In this document: positions 49,549 through 61,034 of the stretch, piece after piece
Layout of the letters: each line of letters begins with the position of its first letter
Position numbering within the stretch: position 1 is the first letter of the stretch
The notes under the pieces: model-generated
The model's input: only the letters and a program-made list of their open reading frames with translations
Databases searched by the model: none
What the model was told of the DNA's origin: nothing
Program-made: the position numbers and the translations under genes
From: Spirogloea muscicola
Lineage: Eukaryota
Assembly (NCBI GenBank): GCA_009602725.1
Contig: WELB01000011.1
Coordinates: forward strand, 666,652 to 730,651
Direction: 5' to 3'
Length of the DNA: 64,000 bases

Positions 49549-49981
49549 TATAGCCTCGTTTCCCCGATCTTAAACCCCGGCAAACCCCTTGCTTCACTCC
49601 CTGACATCTGCAGCAAGAAGCAGCTTTCTCAAAAACGGGCAAGGGCTGTGGAAAGCCAGCCCACAAAAAAATCGCAGCAATACTTGGAATAACCGGCATA
49701 CTGTCGCAGGAGCCGCCTCCCCCACTTTGCTTCCTATCTGTCATTTCTCCTTGCTCTCCTCTCCCCAAAATGTTAGTGCACATTGCGAAGGCATTGACTG
49801 CCTTACCTACAACTATACTACTACCTCACCTCACGCTGCCAGCTCGGCTTGTCCACCTAGAGGAAGGTGGCCGCGTGAGTCAAAAATGGCAGCATGCTTT
49901 TGCTGCTTACCTGAACTCTGCCCAGTATGTCCTGAGCGTTTAGCATATCGCTGGCAATGTCTCGAGAAGCTGCCTGGGGCC

Positions 49982-51554
49982 TCAGGACGCGGCGACAGAG
50001 GCAGGGACAGCATTGGCACCTTGCCGCTCACACACTCCACCGTGTGAGCTGCCGACAGTGCCTGTCAGATTGCCCAAGGGCGCCTCTCGGCCCGTCGCAT
50101 TGCAAATTAGCGGCAACCGCTTTGGCCCAGTGTACGCCTTGCAGATGTATGCGTCCAGGTTGTTATAGTCCTACAAAAGCACTCACACTCCCCAGAATTG
50201 GTCAGGGCAAGACCTGCAGGCAGCCAGTAACGCTGGTGCAACGTATTGCACAAAGCCAATGGCCTTCACGGTAAGCTGGATCTCTAACCTCATACAGTGG
50301 CTGGCCGTTCACGACCACCCAAGGGACGAAGAGGTGCGGCGGATCCAGCGCGTCCGTCTCCTTGCCATATTTTGTCAGGAGCTGCACCAATTGGCAGAGT
50401 GTGCCGGGCTCAATCTGGGGCTGCATCGCCAGTGTGTTTGCCAGATGGTGCTGTGGGTGGGCTACAATGGCCTCTGCTTGTCCACTTTGCAGGTGAGACG
50501 TGAGGAATTGGGAGATACCTTGCCACCAAGCTCACCCTCAGCACACCGGTCTATCCGCCGGAAGGACAAGCCAGCCTCCCGTGCACACTGCCGCATGGCC
50601 CCCAGCTCTGGCGTCGTCTCCATGCACTCCACGAAGGGGAACCAATCGTCCTGCCCCCGTTGTTGACAAGACGAGAGTGAGCTCGGCGAGCTTTGGCACA
50701 CCCCGTTGGTGCTGCCCTCAATTGCCATGCAGTCATCAATTTAGCAGGCAACAAGCATCACCGAGGTCAGCTCGCATGCGCCATCGGTGATGAACATATG
50801 GAGGAGAGAATGGTCAGAGTCTCACCACAGCTGGATAGTGGTGGAGCGCGCAGGCGAGGACGGTGTTGAGGCGGCACTCAAGCGGCCCATGCTGCGGGCA
50901 GCAGGATGTGCAGGCCGCGCCCCATGTCAGTGTGTGTCCCAAGTGGTGAGCTGCCGCTGAAGCGCACAGCGTTGATGCGCGCCTAGAAGAGTCGGCTCCA
51001 GTTGCGGCTTGCGAGCCACGAAGAGCGCTCTACCTGGCAGACGATGGTGCCATTATCGAGAACACGCGCATTTCCATACGGCACGATGCGCAGGCGCACG
51101 ACATCGATGAGGCCGGTGCGGAACAGGCTGCGCAGCTCGCCGATGATGAAGCGCGCGCAGTAGGGGCACAACGCCTCCTCGTACAGCGCCACATGCACCA
51201 GGCCGCCACCGGCGTAGCTCGCCGCCGGCGCCGCCACGGTCGGAGGGGGCAGCTTCGGACCTGGGTGCCGCCAGCGGGAGCAGCGGAGCGCCAGCCCTTG
51301 AAGACTTGAGTTGGAGCGCGCACCGCGCAGGAGCACCGCCATGGAGGATGCGGAACAGAGCACCGCCATGGAGGATGCGGAATCCGTGGCCGTCGCAAGC
51401 TTGTGCGCCAGCGGCGGCGCCAATGGCTAGCCGGTCCCGGCAGGCGCTCACCGGCCCTCACGGCGTCAACGCTTGCGGTCGCCGCCGCCGCCGCCATCAC
51501 GGCGACGACCGCAACCAGCGCGAGCTCGGCGCCGGGGCGGCGGCGAGCCGCCAT
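49982..51554 (-). CDS. GILT: Gamma-interferon-inducible lysosomal thiol reductase (GILT)-like protein, spliced
   Basis: Signal peptide (ELALVAVVAVMAAAAATA); VALYEEALCPYC (CxxC); LRIVPYGNA; CQ|HGPLECRLN; FPFVECME; LDPPHLFVPWVVVNGQPL; YICKAYTG. Confidence 0.93.
51332..51382. repeat. Short tandem duplication in GILT intron 1
   Basis: gagcaccgccatggaggatgcggaa occurs twice, separated by ca. Confidence 0.9.
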
Positions 51555-51939
51555 GGCGGGGCTCCCCCGCACCTGGCCCCGCTCAGCGCTCGGCAGGCCT
51601 GGATGCAGTGCACCCAGAGCGCTTCTGAGCCAACGGAGTGAATGCAGGCCAAGGATGGCGACGTAGTGGAGCGCCGCCTCGCATCTCCGGCCGGCTCGCT
51701 CGATGGCTCTGGGCTCTGGGCTTTAGGCTGCTGCCTAGGGGTTAGTGAACGGGGCACCTGGTCACTACGCTTTCGCTCTAGCGACTGCCAACGAAGCTCC
51801 TATCGTCCGATACGCTGGCGACATCCCAAACCCCCAGCCCCCCCCCACGGACTCCAAACCTTCAAAGCGCCCCAGGCTCCCCCGCCTCGCCAGCGTAGGC
51901 CGCTGCCCCGCGCCGCGCGCTCTGCCGGCGGCGGCGGCG

Positions 51940-52444
51940 ATGGGCGTGGTGCGGCTGCCTCTGGCGCGCTTCGGCCGTCGCAACCTGCCCTTCTACCGCA
52001 TCTTCGCTGCTGACAGCCGCTTCCCCCGCGACGGGCGCCACCTCGAGATCCTGGGCCACTACGACCCCCTTCCAGGTACGCCGCCTGCCCTCCACTTCCG
52101 TTCTCCCCCTGCTTCCTCCAAATCTCCGCTTGTGACGTTGGTGGTCGACCGAGGTGGACCCTCGCCTGCCCTCCATCTGTGGTCTCGATCTCCTTGGCAT
52201 GATTAAGCAAGCAAGCATGTCTTCTTCGTGCGCACGCTGTGCTGACCAGAGACAACGAGTACTAGGGACTACCAAGCCAGCACTTGGTTGCCTCTTGTGA
52301 ACATCCCATCTTGCAATGAAGGTGATGATGAGGATGACCCGTGGCGAGGGTGCTTGTTGGCAGGCAAGGACGGAATGAAAAGGATTGGCGTCCACTCTGA
52401 GAGAATTAAGTACAAAGCCCCCACAGCGCCTTCCCACCGGCCCA

Positions 52445-52514
<70 letters not shown>

Positions 52515-53370
52515 NNNNNNNNNNNNNNNNNNNNNNNNNNNNNNNNNNNNNNNNNNNNNNNNNNNNNNNNNNNNNNNNNNNNNNNNNNNNNNNNNNNNNN
52601 NNNNNNNNNNNNNNNNNNNNNNNNNNNNNNNNNNNNNNNNNNNNNNNNNNNNNNNNNNNNNNNNNNNNNNNNNNNNNNNNNNNNNNNNNNNNNNNNNNNN
52701 NNNNNNNNNNNNNNNNNNNNNNNNNNNNNNNNNNNNNNNNNNNNNNNNNNNNNNNNNNNNNNNNNNNNNNNNNNNNNNNNNNNNNNNNNNNNNNNNNNNN
52801 NNNNNNNNNNNNNNNNNNNNNNNNNNNNNNNNNNNNNNNNNNNNNNNNNNNNNNNNNNNNNNNNNNNNNNNNNNNNNNNNNNNNNNNNNNNNNNNNNNNN
52901 NNNNNNNNNNNNNNNNNNNNNNNNNNNNNNNNNNNNNNNNNNNNNNNTCCCTCCCCTCCCTCCCCCCCCCTTCTCCCTCCCTCCCTCCTGTCTACCTCTC
53001 TTCCCCCTCCCCTTCCTCCACTTTCCTATCCCTTTTTTGCGTGTGAAAGTGCTGTTGTCGTGCACGCCCACGCATCTCTTTACATGTTGCACTTCACAAT
53101 GCAACACAGTGCTGCACTTTGCACGTATTGCTGGACGACCTTCCGCTCTTCCCTCTGCATCCCTTGGACAGGTGGCTTGGGAGAGTGCATGTGCAACACT
53201 GATGTGAGCAGGGGCCTCCATGTTGCAGATACTGGCTATCGGTCGGTGCGCAGCCTTCGGACACTGTTGCCAGGCTGCTGCATAAGGCTGGCATCCTGCC
53301 ATCGCCACCAGCAAAGCGCTCCCCACCTCAGGGCGGCAGACACACCAGGATGCCAACACCACAAGAGTAA
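51940..53370 (+). CDS. RPS16: Nuclear-encoded organellar (mitochondrial-type) ribosomal protein S16, 3 exons
   Basis: [78 protein letters not shown]. Confidence 0.95.
52451..52514. repeat. (CT)n microsatellite in RPS16 intron 2, running into an assembly gap
   Basis: About 32 uninterrupted CT units, then Ns at 52515-52947 and a pyrimidine-rich tract. Confidence 0.97.
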
Positions 53371-55057
53371 TGGTGCAGGTCAGCTTGCCCAGAAGATCTT
53401 GAGGAGCTCTTGTGAACACAATGCTTGAGCCATTCCTTGGGCAGCAGTACCAACAACCTCCACGGTGCACTGGGTGATGCACCAGCTCGTAACCAGGCTA
53501 ATTCCTTCTCGGCGTGTGACGACAGGCGGGACAATACCAGATGTAGCGGCTGCCTCAGCTGTGGCATAAACAAGCTCCAAGTGGCAAAACGTTGAAATTG
53601 CTGCACGTAGCCTCTGTGATGTACAAGCTCTGAAGCCCAACCGCCCCGCCAAGGAGGAGCTCTTGGGTTGAGCACGCGGCCAGCGGCTTCCATGACAGCT
53701 TCTTCAGTCAGAGGATGATGTGAAGGCCCCACCGTGCGTGGATCCCCTTACAGGCCGTGCTTCGCAGGAGAGGCTGAGGCACACAGAAGGCCAAGCTTCA
53801 GCTTGAGAAGGAGTGGCTGCTGCTGCTGCGTCAAGTCAGCAATCAAGGGAGGAGGGCAAGATACTGGCTTAGAGTTGAGTTGCATCAGTCAGCGGCAAAA
53901 CCTCAACCGCCCCTACCAGAGACGTGCCAGGACTGGTGGCAGCCAAGCAGGCTGGGAGGAGGCGGGCAGGACCCTATCTTCTTCCTTAAGGTGCTGTAGT
54001 GCGCGGCTGGAGTACACAGCCCGGCAGCTTCTTCTGCGACTGATCGAAGCGCAAGCTGAGGATGGCTGGGGTTCGACTACGAGACGCGTCACATTGGGCT
54101 GCTCACAAGCTGGTGCTCCTGCCCGGCCGTGCCACCCTGGTGGCATGGTCCAGAATAGTTCTTGAAGGAAGGGGTCAATGGAAGCTGCACAGTCAGGCCG
54201 CCTGCCTCATGAAAGCACCGTAGCTTGGCAGGCCAACGAAGGGAATCAGCGTGATTTTCAAGAGAGAGTCGGCAAAAAGGTCACCACGTGTGGCAAAAAT
54301 ATGAAAAGCTTAGCACACTGAAGGAACCTGAGGTGCCTCCTCCCGCTTGTCTCACAGAGATTTTGCGCATCCTGTGACTGAGCATATTCTCCTATTTGAG
54401 CACCATATCTCCTTGCCGGCTGAAGCTTACAGGCCCCTGGTTCCCGGCGGGCCTTGAGGCCTTGACTGATTCATGCAGATTAAATTTGTTCTGCTTCGAA
54501 GAGGCTAAAGTGCGAGCCTAGGGAAGAGTGGAGGTCCTTATAGACGAGCAGTCGGCAACAAGCAAACACCTGAGAAGCTTATGAGGGTGAGACTGTTGGG
54601 TAAGGACAGTCTCAGCAGCATAAGAGGCCGACGCAACAATGAGAAGAAGTGGCCGACCAAACAACCCACACAATCCACGCAACTTGACCTTGTCCAGTGT
54701 TACTGGCCTTTCACAGCAACAGCCTCCTCTTAGGAACAGCTCTTTTCTCTATGCAAGTTGACGGCCGCAGCCCCACTGGCCCTTGCTCAGCCACCGCCCT
54801 CTGCGGAGGAGCATATTCTCAGTGACCACTCTTCTCATACCTCCCATTCGCTATGGTCTCTTGCATAGCTGTGTGCTTTTGGCGCCATTCGGTCCTTTGG
54901 ACCTCTTTCGTTCCTTTTGGGCTGGCCTTTCACGCCTTATATTGGAAGAGCTGTGGAATGCCTGTGCCTGTTGCATGGACACAACTTCTTCCTCCTGGCC
55001 CCTTCAGACATTGTTCAGTCTTTTTTCTGGGCAGGCCAATCACAGCCATCGCCCCTC

Positions 55058-56125
55058 TCTCCAACCCCTACTCACGCCATTCGCCACCATCGCCCAAGCT
55101 TCTGATAGAGGGGCACAATCCAGACTGGTTACGGCAGTGGAAGACGAACGCCGCAGAAGGTTGAGGAGGCTGCCAGAGATTCAGAACAATCCAAGGAGCT
55201 TGGCAAGACTCACTTCTCTGGCCACACCTGGTGCCACTGGCTGGATCACCTCTCCCCCCGTTGCCAACGCCTTCAGCATCAGCTCCGAGGCCTTTCGGAC
55301 ATCGCTTCAACTCTTCCTCGGCCTCCCACCTAATTGCCTGATTGGGGTGCGCCAGTGCGAGTGCGGCTTCCGTGCAGAGGGTGCTGTGCTCGCCACTCAC
55401 ATGCTGAGATGCCCCACTGGACCAGAAGTGGTGAGCATTCACAACCTCCTTCGCGATGCCCTGGCGGGCTTGATGCGCGACGCCGGCTACCGTGCGGTCG
55501 TGGAAGTCAACAATATCATGCCTATCACCACGGACGCCCAGGGACGTCATCATCGCCGCACACTTGACATTGTGGGCGTGCAACCTGGTGGAGGACCACG
55601 GGCCCTGGTCGACGTTGTTGTTACGGAGGCATATAAAGGCCCAGCATCAACACACATTGCTGGGCACGCAGTGGGCGGAGCAGAGCAAAGAAAACTGCGG
55701 CATTACTCCGATTACCCCCAATGCGATCAACTCCTGCCAGCTGCAATCGACATCTTTGGCTGTCTGGGTCCTCGCTTCCACACTCTGCTTCAAAACATTG
55801 CCAATCTAGGCTACACTCGACGCGCAGATGTGTTTCCGGCTGAGATGGGCTTGCCAGCTGCATATCTGTCGCTCTTGCGACGTCGAGTTTCGGCCTGTTT
55901 GCAGCGTGCTCAGGCTAGTGCCTTGCACCAGAAAGCTGGGCGAGCTCTAGTAGGTGGCAGAAGGGCTCCGTTCCTGGCATCTAGTATTCATGCATCGAGT
56001 AGTGACCTTTATGTTTTGACCCGTGGTTATTGAGCGGGTCAATCTGCTGTAGGTTATGTAGATTTTTAGATGTGCTTGCCTTTGTACCTGGCCATTTGGC
56101 CTACATTTCTTTCTAATACACGATC
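55058..56125 (+). mobile_element. 5'-truncated CRE-clade-like non-LTR retrotransposon (subfamily B): post-RT linker, CCHC zinc knuckle, restriction-like endonuclease and 3' UTR
   Basis: Uninterrupted frame to stop 56033 with ARLTSLATPGATGWI, FRTSLQLFLGLP, CECG-x10-HMLRC, IHNLLRDAL, RRTLDI, ALVDVVV, AEQRKLRHY, PAAIDIFGCLG and RVSACLQRAQA. No RT core is present. Confidence 0.85.
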
Positions 56126-56864
56126 TCTTCTACTGGAAGAGTCTCTCTGCGAACGTCGTTCATTATTTCCTCAGGGCTGGCCTCTCGCAGCCACTGCCCT
56201 CTCCTGGAAGCGTCCTTTCGCTCTTCCTCCTACACCATGCGCACCGCGCCTTCCCTCTCTGACTGGCGTGTGAGCTGGGCCAAGCCCCGGAAAGTACACA
56301 GACGGAGGAGCTCTTCTCTGCCAGTGGCTCGAGCCGCGGGCTGCTTGGCCGGTGTCCACGTGCGGACGCCGAAGGCCACGTCGGCAGCCCGCCGTGAGCT
56401 TGCCACTTGGCTAGGCAGCATGAATTTCAGTGACGTGAGGCGCGCGGAGCTGATGAAAAGGAAAGGGAGGCCAAATCGAGCTGATGAGCAGTCTCAACAT
56501 TGGGGGCGGCGGGCCATCAATCGACGGGGCCCAGTGGCAGTCCGTGATTATGCCCAGCCCAGTTGGCCGGGGTGACGGTGGAGTGGAGGCCTCGACGACC
56601 ATGGCGCTTGGGCAGACGTCCGCCTGACAGAAACAGCTCTCCCAACGCAAAATGGAAGGCAAAGAATGGCTTTGAGAGAGCCAGCCCAAAGGCGTGAACC
56701 GGGAAGGCCTCGCTCGACCGCTCGGAGACCTGTGGAAAGCCACGCAGCACGGACGAGGTCGCCCTGCCAGCGCCGCCGGACGCGCCGCCGCGAAGGCCGC
56801 CGCGGAGCCCGGCCTCGCCCGCCCCCTGCCGCCGCCGGGGCCTCGCTCGCCGACGAGGGCCACC

Positions 56865-58615
56865 ATGCCGCGCGCGGTGGTCGTCGAAGCGGCCGTCGAC
56901 GGCGGCGACGGCGACCCGCTGGACTGCGTCGTGCTGCGCGACAAGGCCAAGCCGACGTGAGGAGGCCCGTCGCGCCGTCTCCGTCTCGCCTGCCGTGCGA
57001 GCCGCCGCGCGGCGCTCGATAAGCTGAGTCGGCGGCGGCGGCGGCGGCGGCGGCGGCGTGCAGGCCAGCGCCAGGCGAGATCCTGGTGCGCATCACCATC
57101 CGGCCGGTGAACCCGTCGGACGTGGCAACGATCCAGCGGCAGGGCCTGGCGGAGCAGCTGCCGCTCGTGCCCGGCGAGGAGGGCGCCGGCGTCGTCGAGG
57201 AGGTGCCGCGCTCCTCCTGACCCGCGGGAATGCTTACAATAATATCCCCAAGTAATTGTCATTATAATAAGTCAACCAATTCTTTGCCATTGCGAGTATT
57301 GCGATTGATAATGTAGTTTAGTCCGGCCGCTGCTGACAGAGGCCGTGCAGCCCGCCATGGCGGCGGCCTGCAGGTCGGGCCCGGCGTGAGCAAGTTCAAG
57401 CGGGGGCAGCGCGTCGTGGCGCTGGTCTTCTTCCGGCGCGCCGCCCGCTGGGAGGGCACGTGGCAGGAGTACCTGCTCGTGAAGGCCGTGGACGCCGTGC
57501 CCATCCCCGACGCCATCTCCGACGAGGCCGCCGCGCAGTTCGTCATCAACCCCTGGACTGTCTACGGCATGCTCAACGACGCGGCCGTGCCCGAGGGCGA
57601 GTACCTCCTCCAGACGGCTGCCGCCTCCGTTCTTGGCAGGTGGGAGAGTCTGCCAGCAATGGGCAGCAGAGCCCACATGACAGAAGGGGTTCCCGCACTT
57701 GCAGCAACTCCAGCACCGCAATACCATGACCGCTTGACCGAAACTCATGGCCCATTTGATCACAGTACGTCAACTCGGCTGAGCATGTCAGCAGTCTGTC
57801 GATGCATCGGGCGTGGCGCTTGCAGGCAGATGATCCAGCTGGCGAAGCACCGGGGCATTCGGACGATCAACCTTGTGCGGCGCGAGGAGCAGAAGGAGCA
57901 GCTCCACAGCATTGGCGCAGACGCCGTCATCAACTTTGAGACAGAAGGTTCCGCCGTCGTCACTGCCACAAGTGTCTTCGTCAATATGTTCCTGCTTTTG
58001 CCTGCTTGAGTACAGCTTGAGTTACTGCTTGAATTACAGCTTGAAGAACGTTGTTTTAATCTGTTGTGAGGCTTGCAGACGTCGTAGCCAGGGTGAAGGA
58101 GATTACTCAGGGCCGCCTTGCGTACACCGCCGTTGATGCTGTTGGTGGAGAGCTAACCAAGGTGAGGGTTGTCTCCTCCAATTATCTAGTCTGATGCTTG
58201 ACGGCTGTGCTGCACTTTCTGTGTCTTCTACTGATCTTAACTTGCAAGTCACACTGAGGTGCAATTCAATTTTCAAGTCACTCCAGTCGTCAATTGTATG
58301 GTCATGCAGCGTGTTGCAGCAAGTGTGCGTAAGGAGGGCACGGTGTTTATATACGGTGACCTTGCGGGCCCGAGCTTCTGCGTGGACGTTGCGGACGTGC
58401 TACAGCGCGGCGTGCGCATACTTGGATGGAACCTGGACACACGGGTGTCACGCGAGGAGGACAAGCGCAAGATTGCACGAGAGATGTTTCGGCTGCTTGA
58501 GGAGCGGGTCGTTGTCCCTTTTGCAGGCGAGAAGTTTGACCTCGCGGACTTCAGAACTGCCATTCGCAAGAGTCAGGAGACGGGGCGCTCCGGCAAGGTC
58601 TTCCTTGTTGGCTGA
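56865..58615 (+). CDS. Medium-chain dehydrogenase/reductase, 2-enoyl thioester reductase-like (ETR-like, non-Zn), 6 exons
   Basis: PAPGEILVRITIRPVNPSD; VPGEEGAGVV; GTWQEY; AAAQFVINPWTVYGML; LLQTAAASVLGRQMIQLAK; TINLVRR; DAVGG; GRSGKVFLVG*. Confidence 0.92.
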
Positions 58616-59393
58616 GACCAATCTGCCTCTACAAATCTTTTGTATCCAACTCTCTTCCTGTACAACAGCCCCACTCCAGTATAAAGCAGCAGCCAGGTGA
58701 TTCGACCTCCCTAGCTTAAGCCAACTAGCTTTAGTCACTCATCGATGAGCCAGCTTGGCCACGTGGACTGCTCTCTGCTCTGTATGGTCAGCACCTGCAA
58801 TAAGTCAGGGGCCAATGGCAGCTACTCTCCCTGTGCATTATATGCACAACACAGTGAAGATAGTGGCAACAAGTAGCAGATGCATCGATGACATCTTACT
58901 GCATGCAGCTGGTTGCTGACAACAATTCACCATCCCCGACCAAGTATGAACATAGTGCACAAGCCGGCAGAGAGGTTGCAGCCAAATTGCGGGTTGCCCG
59001 GCTGCTTGGTGCAGCAGAAGTACGCTGTAGCAGGGTTCCATATTTTTCTTCACTCCTGTCTCTGTTTGGAATCCCCACTCTCTCCACTGCTCTCTATGGG
59101 ATTGTCTACAAATTACACTCAAGGCAGCAATGTGGATGCGATTGTGTCACAGTTCCTCTGTGGCTGTTGCCACTGCAGCTCCAAAAGCCCAAAGAAAGCA
59201 GCTCGTGTGCCGGTCCCAGGAAGCCGGCAACAGGCAGTGGCTCCAGTGCCAGGTTGCTGTGCCCACATGGCCCCTCTCTTTGTGCTTGGGCGCCTGCTCA
59301 TGAGCAGCCAAGATTATTGTAGAGAGCAACAGCAGCTCCTAAGAAGGGGGACGAGCGTTGCCCATTGCTGACGTGTTGACGGAGGCCCCACCC

Positions 59394-60513
59394 TTACGAC
59401 GCACCACTTTCCGGTGGTGTGGCACTCTGGGAGTGCGGCATGGCTTGGTAGCCACCAGATACCATCATCTGTGATGGCGCGTACACCATGCCTGGCGGCA
59501 ACCCGTACTGTCCATACTGCGAAGCACCATACTGCCCCGCCCCCTGCCAGCAGGCACCAACGCCAGCACCTACTATCAAGAGAATGAGCACAGCCCATGC
59601 ACTGTTGCCACAGCGGCATGCGCAACACTCCAAGTGTGTCGCCACAATCGAATCAAGCAGACTTTGAGCTGCAGTAAACGAGCAGCCCATGGCTGCTGGC
59701 AACGACAATGAGCTGCAAGACAGTTGGCACTTGCAAGGCTGGCTCTAGACAACAGAGCCATTGCGGATGGTGGCACAAGGTGCTGCACCTGAGAGGAGGC
59801 AGGGGGGGTGCCCCCTGCGCCAGCACCCGCTGGCCCCCGGCCGTCGTCGCCCGCAGCTCGGGCGCCGGCGTCCGAGCCCTCGCCGGCCTTGGCAAGCAGC
59901 GCCTTCTCGCCCTCGCTCTCGCGGTAGCGCTGCAGGTACAGCTTGAGCGGCTCGATGTAGTCGTCGAACCCCAGCGTGCTCATTGCCCAGATGAGGTCGT
60001 CGCCGTTCACCGTCTTGCGCTTCTCCCGGTGGCACTTGTCGCTCGCCTCGCCCGTGATGAAGCTGCAGCGACAGCCACAACAGCACAAGGAGGAGACAGT
60101 AGATTCAATGGCAGGGTCTATGGTACGGCTAACACGGGCTGCAGTCCAGCGACTTCGCTGCATGCCAATGAAATTGCCCGTCTGCCACTGCTCCAGACGG
60201 CAGTCGCCGGTCCGCCATCCTTGCGCCTAGGCTCCATGGGCGGCCGCGGCGGCGCTGTGGCGGCGGTGGCGGCGGACCTGATGAACTCAGAGACGCACTC
60301 CTGGACGGTCTCCTTGGCCTCCTTAGAGATCTTGGCGGTAGGCGGCAGGACGCGCTTCATCACCCGCCCGACGTTGGCGATGGGCAGCAGCCGGTCCTGC
60401 TCGCGCACGCCCCCGCCCTCGCCATGACCGCCAGAGCCGCCGCCGCCGCCGCGGCCCGTGTGCTCGCCGCCTGAGTCCTCCTCGTGCGCCTCCGCGCCGC
60501 CCGCCTCCGCCAT
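59394..60513 (-). CDS. NF-YB: Nuclear factor Y subunit B (HAP3/CBF-A), non-LEC1 type, 3 exons
   Basis: [91 protein letters not shown]. Confidence 0.97.
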
Positions 60514-61034
60514 GAAAAAAAAAAAAAAAAAAAAAAAANCGCCGCGTCGCCCGCCGCACGGGGCGCCGCGCGGCGCGCCGGGCTTCGCGGCGGGGCGGGC
60601 GGTGGGGGAGAGGACCTAGCAGGCGGAGCGGCCAAGGGGGAAAGCAGCGTTCGAAAGCCCGGGGAGGCACCTGCCAGGGGGCGAAGGGAGGAGGGAGGAG
60701 CGGCGGACAAAAGGAAGGGGGAAGTCCCTCAAAAGGCAGCGGTCAGCTTGTGCTTCAGGCGGATGGAAGCGACGGGACTGCGTCGCGCGGGCGCAAGGAA
60801 GGCGGCGGCCGCGGCGAAAAAGCACGGAGGCGGAGCGGCGCCGCCGCGGCTCGAACCCGCGCCCGCCCCCCTCGCCGCGCCGACGTGGCACCACCGCGTC
60901 ACGTGCTTACGGCGGCGCGGAGGCAGGACCCGCCCGCTACCGTCCCGTCTCGGCGACGGCGTTCTCCAACGTGAGGTCGACGCGATCCTTCACTGCGACT
61001 CCGTAGAGGTTCTCAAGTGACCATCCTCCGTCGG

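Noticed and set aside
60515..60539. Poly(A) run next to the NF-YB start (retrocopy tail?)
   Set aside because: It is poly(T) on the sense strand upstream of an intron-containing gene and abuts an ambiguous base. Single Ns at 10317, 29742, 33035 and 60539 all lie in GC-rich 5' regions and look like assembly joins.
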